DNA from: a virus
Taxonomy: Duplodnaviria > Caudoviricetes
IMG/VR virus record: IMGVR_UViG_3300020044_008590
Span: 1-30,823 of that record
Length of the DNA stretch: 30,823 nt
Reading direction: 5' to 3' (one strand)
Every line of letters begins with the position of its first letter. Position 1 is the first letter of the stretch. Below are positions 1 through 6,764 of the stretch, in pieces. Position numbers and translations under genes: made by a program. The notes under the pieces were generated by a model, which saw only the letters and a list, made by a program, of their open reading frames with translations, ran no database searches and was not told the origin of the DNA.

Positions 1-590
1 TTTCTTTTAAATCCTTCCCAAATAAAGGGATATGAATAAGTTACATCGTGTGTTTTAAGTAATCTATCTACAATTTTATCATGTCTATCCTCGCAGTTAT
101 CAATCCAAACATGAAATTGAATTTGAAAGTTATCTACAATATTATTCCATTGGAACATAGACTCAAGAAAAGAATACTCAGCACCTTCTATATTAATCTT
201 CATCAAGTCAATATTTTCTAATCCAGACATCTTAATAAAATCAGTTATAGAGTGAATCTTGCAAGGTTCACCTTTATCTTTGTAGGTAGAGCCATCTCCA
301 TCGGCATTCATAAATACTGTTTCATTTCTATCTCCCAACCCAAATGGATGCACTTTGATTTTATCATTTCCTTTGAATCTTTCTACAAGAGCATTATAAT
401 AGTTAGGAACTGGTTCAAAAATCCATACGTTGCATTTATATCTATCAAAGATATCTTGAGCCCAATTACCTTCAAAACCTCCAATATCCCAAACCATTGA
501 GTTATCGTTTAGGTCATAGTTTAATCTATGAGTTTTATCTCCTTTATCTAAATTCCATCTTGCATGTGCTTCGTAATTATGTTCTCTCAT
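1..590 (-). CDS. FkbM-family SAM-dependent methyltransferase (3' end runs off the window; missing from the ORF track)
   Basis: Manual translation from the ATG at 590: MREHNYEAHARWNLDKGDKTHRLNYDLNDNSMVWDIGGFEGNWAQDIFDRYKCNVWIFEPVP...IDLMKINIEGAEYSFL...FQIQFH. It has the DIGG SAM-binding motif, FEP and the K-I-N/D-I-E-G-A-E motif typical of FkbM. The start overlaps the upstream stop (ATGA, 587-590). Confidence 0.9.
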   Translation of the reverse strand, partial: MREHNYEAHARWNLDKGDKTHRLNYDLNDNSMVWDIGGFEGNWAQDIFDRYKCNVWIFEPVPNYYNALVERFKGNDKIKVHPFGLGDRNETVFMNADGDGSTYKDKGEPCKIHSITDFIKMSGLENIDLMKINIEGAEYSFLESMFQWNNIVDNFQIQFHVWIDNCEDRHDKIVDRLLKTHDVTYSYPFIWEGFKR

Positions 591-790
591 AAGTATATTT
601 GTGTTAATGTTTCTAAAAATTGTTTTGCTATTTTATCTCCACAGCCAAGGCAAATAGAAGCCTGGTTGTTTACGTATTTAACGTATAGATTATAAACTTG
701 TATTCCCTGCTCTGTTGTTAGACCTCTTCGATTTCTGTTTATTATCGACTGAAGCAACTCCAGGTCTAATTGACTCATTAATTTTTTCAT
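587..790 (-). CDS. small hypothetical protein with CxxC (CLGC)
   Basis: ORF track; its stop overlaps the FkbM start; resembles the upstream CxxC protein. Confidence 0.7.
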   Translation of the reverse strand: MKKLMSQLDLELLQSIINRNRRGLTTEQGIQVYNLYVKYVNNQASICLGCGDKIAKQFLETLTQIYL

Positions 791-1001
791 CTTTTTCTAT
801 TTGATAACCTGTTAAATTTTGGCATAGCATTTTATATAAATTTTGAACAGAGCCTGGGCAAGTCCAACATGTAACTGCTACTTGAGCTGGTCCAAGGTAT
901 TCATTTGCTAGTTCTTTAATTATTGATACTTCACTTGGTCCAGATGTTGTCATTTTAAATAGACGGTCAACTGATGCTGCATGTTCTTTTTTAATTATCA
1001 T
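690..1001 (-). CDS. small hypothetical protein with CxxC (CWTC)
   Basis: ORF track; its start overlaps the stop of 998..1258; the C-terminal ~30 aa overlap the next gene. Confidence 0.7.
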   Translation of the reverse strand: MIIKKEHAASVDRLFKMTTSGPSEVSIIKELANEYLGPAQVAVTCWTCPGSVQNLYKMLCQNLTGYQIEKDEKINESIRPGVASVDNKQKSKRSNNRAGNTSL

Positions 1002-1258
1002 ATGTATTTGAAATATAGGTTAGTAATGAATGATGCAATTAATGCTGTATAGATATCTCCACTTATTGCTAATCCAATAAAGAATGCGGAACATTTTCCG
1101 CAACTTAATATAGTATGTAATAAGGAAAGAATAAAGTTAATTGCTGGTTTCTTTTTTGTTGACATTACCAACAAATTCATAATGCCTTGAATCGGTGTGA
1201 ATGATACAACCCACCATGCTGATAAGCATATAAGTATAAGAGTATTAAGTGTTTGCAT
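998..1258 (-). CDS. small membrane protein with CxxC (CGKC), DUF1360-like
   Basis: Hydrophobic segments flank CGKCSAFFIGL; first gene after the late promoter at 1266-1291. Confidence 0.7.
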   Translation of the reverse strand: MQTLNTLILICLSAWWVVSFTPIQGIMNLLVMSTKKKPAINFILSLLHTILSCGKCSAFFIGLAISGDIYTALIASFITNLYFKYI

Positions 1259-1264
1259 ATATAT

Positions 1265-1870
1265 TTAAATATTATTTTCTTTAATTTCGTTTAAAATTTC
1301 TTCATCAAAGGCATCGGCATAGTTTTTTTTTAAATAGATTACCACTTCTTCTCTAGCACTCTTAATTGCTGACCAAATAGAGCTCTTGGGGATTCTTAGC
1401 TGCGCATTCTTTTTTGCTGTATAATCACTTATTTCTCCGTAACTCATATTGGCATAGTAGTATAACTTAAATAACTCCTTACGATAAAAATCTAGTCTAT
1501 CTACTGCTTCATCAATAATGGCCACCATTTCTTCTTTATCTGTGGAATGTTCGTAAAGAGATTTTATATGTACAGCTGCATCGAAAGCATCTTCTACTTT
1601 TTGCGGACGCAAGTGGGAACGATAAAACTTTGAAGTTGTAGAACGGATTTGATTTTTTATCATCCCATAACAATAGAAACGGATTTGATTATTATTAAAT
1701 AGATATAGGAATTTCTCATCTGGCATTTCCTGCAACGCCATATAAGTTTCAGCAGCCAATTCATCCTTTAGGTATTTGTCCGTGCTTAAATTGGCTATAA
1801 TATCTCGTATAAAAGTTTCTCCAGTATACATGTGGGTTATTCCGTGGTACTTTGTTGTTGCTGATTTCAT
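1265..1870 (-). CDS. sigma-70 family (ECF-like) RNA polymerase sigma factor
   Basis: Region-2-like DELAAETYMAL...FYCYGMIKNQ and region-4-like LDFYRKELFKLYYYANMSYGEIS...IPKSSIWSAIKSAR. Confidence 0.7.
   Translation of the reverse strand: MKSATTKYHGITHMYTGETFIRDIIANLSTDKYLKDELAAETYMALQEMPDEKFLYLFNNNQIRFYCYGMIKNQIRSTTSKFYRSHLRPQKVEDAFDAAVHIKSLYEHSTDKEEMVAIIDEAVDRLDFYRKELFKLYYYANMSYGEISDYTAKKNAQLRIPKSSIWSAIKSAREEVVIYLKKNYADAFDEEILNEIKENNI
1266..1291 (-). promoter_or_regulatory. phage late promoter, copy 1 (AACG-N14-AATATTTA)
   Basis: On the + strand, TAAATATT at 1266-1273, 14 nt, then CGTT at 1288-1291; lies within the last codons of the ECF-like sigma gene. Confidence 0.75.
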
Positions 1871-2379
1871 TAACTAAAAAGTTTAGATTTAATATCTGAT
1901 TCTATTTTTGAGATAATTTCTTTATCTTCTTCTTCGAAAGTAAAATAGATATGAAGATTAGAAGCCAGTTGTTTTTTTTCTAATTCAATCACCTTTTGAA
2001 GTTTTGCGCATATCTCATAATTTTCACTTATTTGCATACAATAAACGTAGACGTTCCACGTATACATATTGATTATAAAATCAAGGTATAGCTCATTTTT
2101 ATCAACGAAACTCATATTTATCTCAGATATCCACCCAAACTCTTCTTGGTCATCAATAGGCAGTTCTTCAAAACTTAAAACATTATCGACCAACTTGTTA
2201 ATTTGTTCTTTAGAAAAGCCATTTACTTCGATATAGTTTATCAAATCTTTTTTATCTAATTGAACAATATTATTTAACTGCACTCGATGAGCTTCTATTT
2301 GTTTACGAAGTTCTTTGTGCTTCTTTGATTTTGTCCATGCGTCTATGAGATTTCTCATATCATCTTTTTTATTTGCCAT
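1870..2379 (-). CDS. hypothetical protein (UVR-like ENYEICAKL motif)
   Basis: 169-aa ORF packed between the two sigma genes. Confidence 0.7.
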   Translation of the reverse strand: MANKKDDMRNLIDAWTKSKKHKELRKQIEAHRVQLNNIVQLDKKDLINYIEVNGFSKEQINKLVDNVLSFEELPIDDQEEFGWISEINMSFVDKNELYLDFIINMYTWNVYVYCMQISENYEICAKLQKVIELEKKQLASNLHIYFTFEEEDKEIISKIESDIKSKLFS

Positions 2380-2388
2380 AGTTTTTTT

Positions 2389-3075
2389 TTAAAAAAAGAA
2401 GTGTTTAAGTTCTTCCAGTGTGTATTTTTTTTTAATCCTTTCAATAGACATGTAGTAGTGATGCCTTACATTTTCTCTTGAACAGTCAAAGTGTTTAGCA
2501 ATATCATCCCAAGATAGTTCTTTATCACCTATTCTCATTAATATAATTTCTCTTTTATATTTAGGTAGAAATGCCAGGATTTTATTTATACGGTAATCCT
2601 GTCCGTCCATATCTTCTAAATCAGAATCAATGTATTGGTTTGCATTATCTAGAATACCTTCCTCTAACAAATCAGATGATATGCAAGAAGTGTAATCTGC
2701 TGAATCTTTTCTTCCAGCATAGAAATCTGAGGCTATATTTGAAGGAAGTCTAATTGTTCTGTAGTTTTGATTAAGCCAGTTATTAATGTGGCTACGGATA
2801 TACCACACAGCAAATGTAGTAAACTTATTTTTTTTTGTTACATCAAATCGTTGTATAGCCTCCAGAACTCCTTCGTTGGCCACTTGAATTAACTCATCAT
2901 CATACTTATCCATTCTGCGTTTTTTCGCCTCTGAGATGGCAAATCTTGCGTGTGCATAAAACACTTTATCTCTAGATTGAGTACATCCAGTTTGGGCCCT
3001 GGATATTAAATCCAGCTCCTCAACTTGTGTAAGCTTTATTTCATTTTTTCTTATTTCTTGAAAGTACCTTTGCAT
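2389..3075 (-). CDS. RpoD-like sigma-70 factor
   Basis: Region 1.2 (RYFQEIRK..LTQVEELDL), region 2 (DELIQVANEGVLEAIQRFD...KFTTFAVWYIR...RTIRLP) and a region 4 HTH (LSWDDIAKHFDCSRENVR). Confidence 0.9.
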   Translation of the reverse strand: MQRYFQEIRKNEIKLTQVEELDLISRAQTGCTQSRDKVFYAHARFAISEAKKRRMDKYDDELIQVANEGVLEAIQRFDVTKKNKFTTFAVWYIRSHINNWLNQNYRTIRLPSNIASDFYAGRKDSADYTSCISSDLLEEGILDNANQYIDSDLEDMDGQDYRINKILAFLPKYKREIILMRIGDKELSWDDIAKHFDCSRENVRHHYYMSIERIKKKYTLEELKHFFF

Positions 3076-3118
3076 ATGTAGATAAATATGCAGTAAATAA
3101 ATAGATGGTTATAGATAT

Positions 3119-3193
3119 GCTGTGTATACTTTTTGGCTTTTCAAGCCTTTGGATGTAGCTGGGTATACTTTTTGAGATAAATCTCTCTGGATT
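3119..3193. repeat. tandem ~39-bp direct repeat with a variable internal hairpin
   Basis: GCTGTGTATACTTTTTG (3119-3135) and GCTGGGTATACTTTTTG (3158-3174); each leads into a short hairpin and then TGGAT. Confidence 0.7.
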
Positions 3194-3479
3194 TAAAAGG
3201 CAGGAGTTATACTCTTGTATTATAGAGTTTTCTTTGTACTTGCTTTTTTTATTTCTATATAAATCCTAATCTTCCAGTTGTCGCCAAAAGGGTCAGAGTT
3301 CAAAAACCCCTACCCCTTTAAAATTTTGTTAAAAAGATATATATCCATACCCCCTCAGCGTACCTTTAAAGTAATCAGAGTATGATTTAGAACCCCACTA
3401 AAAAAGTGGTCAAACTAAACCAATCTATTATTTATACTGGTGTTCAACCCAGTTTGGTAAATATAAAAAAGAAAATTAA

Positions 3480-3720
3480 ATACCCCAATCCCCTGGTGCT
3501 AATCTCTTAGCTTTAAATCCACTCCATCAGTTTATGTTCTGTGTTGCTCTGGTGAAGAACTATAATGACCGTGAACTCTCGTTTCTGCATCATCATGCTT
3601 GGCTTCTGCCAGTTGAGTATCTCAACTCTTATGTGTTTTTCTTTTTTGAGTTATTTAATAACGGCAGTCACCAAGCTTGCTTCACTGATTTAGTCCAATT
3701 CAAGTCTGCTATTCATTATC
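3480..3720 (-). ncRNA. candidate structured non-coding RNA / origin element
   Basis: Nested inverted repeats at 3552-3557/3680-3685, 3597-3602/3671-3676 and 3606-3610/3663-3667, with hairpins at 3611-3627 and 3650-3662; promoter-like element at 3726-3756; G-tracts at the 3' end. Confidence 0.45.
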
Positions 3721-3725
3721 GAAAA

Positions 3726-3756
3726 TAAATATATAAAAAAATTTATAAAAACACAA
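3726..3756 (-). promoter_or_regulatory. Bacteroidota-type promoter-like element (TTG-N20-TATATTTA)
   Basis: Near match to the TTTG-N19-21-TAnnTTTG consensus, pointing leftwards into the non-coding structured region. Confidence 0.45.
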
Positions 3757-3872
3757 TTTATTAAAAAAACTAAATCAATTTAGATTTAATTATTATACCT
3801 AAACCGTTTTAGATTTAGACTAAATATATACTTAATATTTGATTAAAGTAATGTTATGTATTAATTTTTTAA

Positions 3873-4379
3873 ATGAATATACAAGATAAAATTACAGCTA
3901 GAAATAGGGTTAAAAAATTATTAAAATTAGCTGGTAAATATGCGGATATTAAAAATCCTAGAACACATATATTAACTAATGCACTATGCGAGCATTATAA
4001 TATAGTTCCTATAAAAAACTTAGAACAATTATTTACAGACCCAGATTCAATAATGTTTAAAGATAAAAAACTTCCAGTACTACCTTTAACACAAAAACAA
4101 TATGATAAAAGATATAAAAAAACAAAAATTACAAAAATAAAGCGCCATTTAAGTAAGAAAGAAATTTATAATAGATATATAAATTCTCCTGAATGGAGAA
4201 GATTTAGAACTAAAGTACTAAAAGAACGTGGTCATAAATGTGAAATATGTAAAAAAGAAGGTAATAGTTTTGATATACATCATTTAACATATGAAAGATT
4301 AGGAAATGAATTATTAGAAGATGTTCAAGTTTTATGTCAAAGTTGCCATAAAGAAATACATAAAAAAAATAAAAAATAG
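3873..4379 (+). CDS. HNH endonuclease (Zn-binding CxxC...HH...CxxCH type)
   Basis: YINSPEWRRFR...KCEICK...DIHHLTYERLGNE...VLCQSCHKEIH. Confidence 0.9.
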   Translation: MNIQDKITARNRVKKLLKLAGKYADIKNPRTHILTNALCEHYNIVPIKNLEQLFTDPDSIMFKDKKLPVLPLTQKQYDKRYKKTKITKIKRHLSKKEIYNRYINSPEWRRFRTKVLKERGHKCEICKKEGNSFDIHHLTYERLGNELLEDVQVLCQSCHKEIHKKNKK

Positions 4380-4402
4380 TTTTATTTTAAATATATAATT
4401 AT

Positions 4403-4410
4403 TATATTTG
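4403..4410 (+). promoter_or_regulatory. Bacteroidota -7 element TATATTTG
   Basis: Exact TAnnTTTG match in an intergenic position; the -33 element is imperfect. Confidence 0.5.
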
Positions 4411-4414
4411 TATT

Positions 4415-4505
4415 GCAGCCGTAACTTATCTGCCTTTTTAGTTGTTGTGATTTTTTTATATGTTAAAGTTACAAAAGGCCCATGAATTTTTTATGGGCTT
4501 TTTTG
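4415..4505 (+). ncRNA. candidate small RNA
   Basis: Non-coding ~90 nt between the -7 element and a terminator; closing stem GTAACTT (4421-4427)/AAGTTAC (4466-4472) around a U-rich loop. Confidence 0.4.
4473..4504 (+). terminator. intrinsic terminator
   Basis: Hairpin with arms AAAAGGCCCATGA and TTATGGGCTTTT, followed by a T-run. Confidence 0.85.
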
Positions 4506-4536
4506 TTTAATTAAATAATAATTTTTATATTTATTT

Positions 4537-5079
4537 ATGGAAAAAATAGAAAAAGAAAAAAAGAAGTACTATAAAAAACCAGAAAATATGAAACGGATGA
4601 ACAAGTCCGCTAAGATGATTCTGGCTGATACAAATTGTATTTTAGATGTAATTGGATTTAGAAAGAAAACACATAAACATAATCTGTATTTAAATACTAT
4701 TTTTATTGATTATTATAAATCAATAGATTTTATTAAAGCATTTTCTCCAAGGTCTAGTTTTGATAATTCATCTATTATTAATCCTGCTTTTAAAAAGATA
4801 AAAAGAAAAATAGAAGCGATGTTTCCTGATGTTTTACTTGTGACTAATTACCCAATATCATTCAACAGCGCAAAGAATACAAGAGTAAATGGTGCATATA
4901 TTTATCTATCAGTTTATATTCCTGAGGATTATTTAGATAAAAATGTATTTGAAAAATATAAAGAAAAGCTAGAAGATGTTGTTTCTTTTGTTAATAAAAC
5001 AATTGATGAAGAAATGGAATATCAGTCTACGCTGGACAGAACGACTGATATTATATTCAAAAGTAAGATGACTAGATAA
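4537..5079 (+). CDS. hypothetical protein
   Basis: 180-aa ORF with TTTG-N20-TATATTTA (4502-4533) directly upstream. Confidence 0.75.
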   Translation: MEKIEKEKKKYYKKPENMKRMNKSAKMILADTNCILDVIGFRKKTHKHNLYLNTIFIDYYKSIDFIKAFSPRSSFDNSSIINPAFKKIKRKIEAMFPDVLLVTNYPISFNSAKNTRVNGAYIYLSVYIPEDYLDKNVFEKYKEKLEDVVSFVNKTIDEEMEYQSTLDRTTDIIFKSKMTR

Positions 5080-5118
5080 AAAGTTATTAACAATTCAAAA
5101 AAAATTGTTGATAACTTT
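5080..5118. repeat. inverted repeat made of two DnaA-box-like 9-mers
   Basis: AAAGTTATTAACAATT-N7-AATTGTTGATAACTTT (15 of 16 positions complementary). Confidence 0.7.
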
Positions 5119-5119
5119 A

Positions 5120-5151
5120 TTTGTATAAATACTTATATTTAATTAATTTTG
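5120..5151 (+). promoter_or_regulatory. Bacteroidota primary-sigma promoter
   Basis: TTTG (5120-5123)-N20-TAATTTTG (5144-5151), an exact consensus match. Confidence 0.65.
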
Positions 5152-5173
5152 GATATATATAAAAAACAACAAC

Positions 5174-5497
5174 ATGGAAACAACAATGAGTGATTACGAA
5201 AAGGATTTGAAAAAAACTAGAGAAGATTCAAAACCAAAGATTAAAAATGTGGAAGGTCGACAGCTTGTGATAAAAGGTGTGATTGAAAAAATAACAAGCA
5301 TTAACTCTAAGTATGGAGAAAGCCACAGAATCGAGATGAATGGCAACAGCTTTTATTTTAATTCTAAAGTTCCTGGAGCTGTAGATAAGATGTTCGAGAT
5401 TGGAAAGCTTGCAGCATTTACGGTGAGAGAGTCGATAAATAGACATAATCCAGATAAACCATTTCTAGTAATCGAAACTATATTTTACACGTTCTAG
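5174..5497 (+). CDS. hypothetical protein, possibly an OB-fold ssDNA-binding protein
   Basis: 107 aa with a beta-rich pattern (IKGVIEKIT...SKYGESHRIEM...FEIGKLAAFTV); the function is an inference. Confidence 0.55.
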   Translation: METTMSDYEKDLKKTREDSKPKIKNVEGRQLVIKGVIEKITSINSKYGESHRIEMNGNSFYFNSKVPGAVDKMFEIGKLAAFTVRESINRHNPDKPFLVIETIFYTF

Positions 5498-5499
5498 TT

Positions 5500-6024
5500 A
5501 TGGAAGAAGAGATTTGGTTAGATATAAAAGAATACGAAGGGCTATACAAAGTTAGTTCGCATGGGAGAGTTTGGAGTTATCCTAAGAAAGGAAAAGGTGG
5601 TCACAATGGTAAAATGCTTTCAGCTGGAAAAGATACAAATGGATATTTAAAGATTCTTTTACTTAAAGATAAAAAAAGAAAAACAATTACAATTCATCGT
5701 TTAGTTGCTTCAGCATTTATTCCAAATCCAAATAATTACCCAATTATTTTACATGGAGATGATAATACTGCTAATAATTATTATAAAAACTTAAGTTGGG
5801 GTACTAATAAAATGAATTCAGAAGATATGATTAATAAAGGAAGAGCAAATAAAGCTAGAGGAGAAAAACACGGATTAGCTAAATTAACTGAACAACAAGT
5901 TTTAGAAATAAGGGCAAAATATACTGGTAAATATGGAGAACAAAAACAGTTAGCAATAGAATATAATATTAAACATCCAGCAATTAGTGAGATAATATCA
6001 AGAAAACAATGGAAACACATTTAA
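5500..6024 (+). CDS. NUMOD4-HNH homing endonuclease with C-terminal HTH (copy 1)
   Basis: EEIWLDIKEYEGLYKVSSHGRV (NUMOD4), HRLVASAFIPNPNN...H.DDN..NN..KNL.WGT (HNH), KLTEQQVLEIR...WKHI. Confidence 0.93.
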   Translation: MEEEIWLDIKEYEGLYKVSSHGRVWSYPKKGKGGHNGKMLSAGKDTNGYLKILLLKDKKRKTITIHRLVASAFIPNPNNYPIILHGDDNTANNYYKNLSWGTNKMNSEDMINKGRANKARGEKHGLAKLTEQQVLEIRAKYTGKYGEQKQLAIEYNIKHPAISEIISRKQWKHI

Positions 6025-6034
6025 AAAAACAAAT

Positions 6035-6439
6035 ATGAAAACGAAAAAAGAACTTTATACACATCTGGCTGAAAATGCTAAAATTTACCTACCAAACTAC
6101 TATTTAGATATGGCGTTTAACATGTTAGAGAGCCGTGGAAAAAAATCTGTGTTCTCTGTACTTTACGAGATTGAATCTGATAAGAGATTTAAGAAATGTA
6201 AGAGTGCATTAAAAGGAGCTTATCAGCTTGAAAATAAACATATTGAATGGGCCGCTGCAGCAAGCAAGCCCGTAATACAGCTAGATAAGGTTACTGGAGA
6301 AGAAATAGCTAGGCATGATAGTTTGTATTCAGCTGCAGTTTCAGTTGGCAAATCAAAGAACTTCTCAGGAAACATCAGTGATTGTTGTTCGGGGAAAGCA
6401 AAAAGCAGCTGTGGTTTTAAATGGAAATGGGCAAATTAA
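6035..6439 (+). CDS. NUMOD1 DNA-binding domain protein
   Basis: C-terminal KPVIQLDKVTGEEIARHDSLYSAA...NISDCCSGKAKSSCGFKWKW; no nuclease motif seen. Confidence 0.8.
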   Translation: MKTKKELYTHLAENAKIYLPNYYLDMAFNMLESRGKKSVFSVLYEIESDKRFKKCKSALKGAYQLENKHIEWAAAASKPVIQLDKVTGEEIARHDSLYSAAVSVGKSKNFSGNISDCCSGKAKSSCGFKWKWAN

Positions 6440-6455
6440 CTAAAAAACAAATAAT

Positions 6456-6764
6456 ATGAAATACGAAAAAGAACATTACGTAAAACTCGTGGAGTGTACA
6501 AAGAACAAAGAATTCAGAGAGAAAACTCTTGAAAATGCAAAAAACACTTTTAACAACCTGGAAACTGGCGAAGAAAGGCGTGATAAATTCATCGAAGAAT
6601 CTGAGCAGTTAATCGAAACTGAATATTTAAAAGAAAAAAGAAAAGAGATGAAAGAGTTATTAAATCAGATGGTTAATGATTATCATGTGCCAGTTTTATC
6701 TGGAATTGATGTCACAATGTTTAAGATAAATATATCTATAGAACCAATACTACTTTATAAATGA
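6456..6764 (+). CDS. hypothetical protein
   Basis: 102-aa ORF in the operon; ATGA overlap with the next gene. Confidence 0.7.
   Translation: MKYEKEHYVKLVECTKNKEFREKTLENAKNTFNNLETGEERRDKFIEESEQLIETEYLKEKRKEMKELLNQMVNDYHVPVLSGIDVTMFKINISIEPILLYK

Noticed and set aside
252-500. 82-aa + strand ORF
   Set aside because: Antisense shadow of the FkbM gene.
3534-3728. 64-aa + strand ORF in the non-coding region
   Set aside because: Atypical composition and no motif; it coincides with nested inverted repeats that are better explained as structure.
3076-3872. CRISPR array, tRNA or group I/II intron
   Set aside because: No run of identical repeats with spacers, no cloverleaf with a T-loop, no intron core motifs and no interrupted gene.
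3873-4379. IscB/Cas9-like RNA-guided nuclease
   Set aside because: Only 168 aa, with no RuvC motifs or PLMP N-terminus; it matches ordinary small phage HNH proteins.
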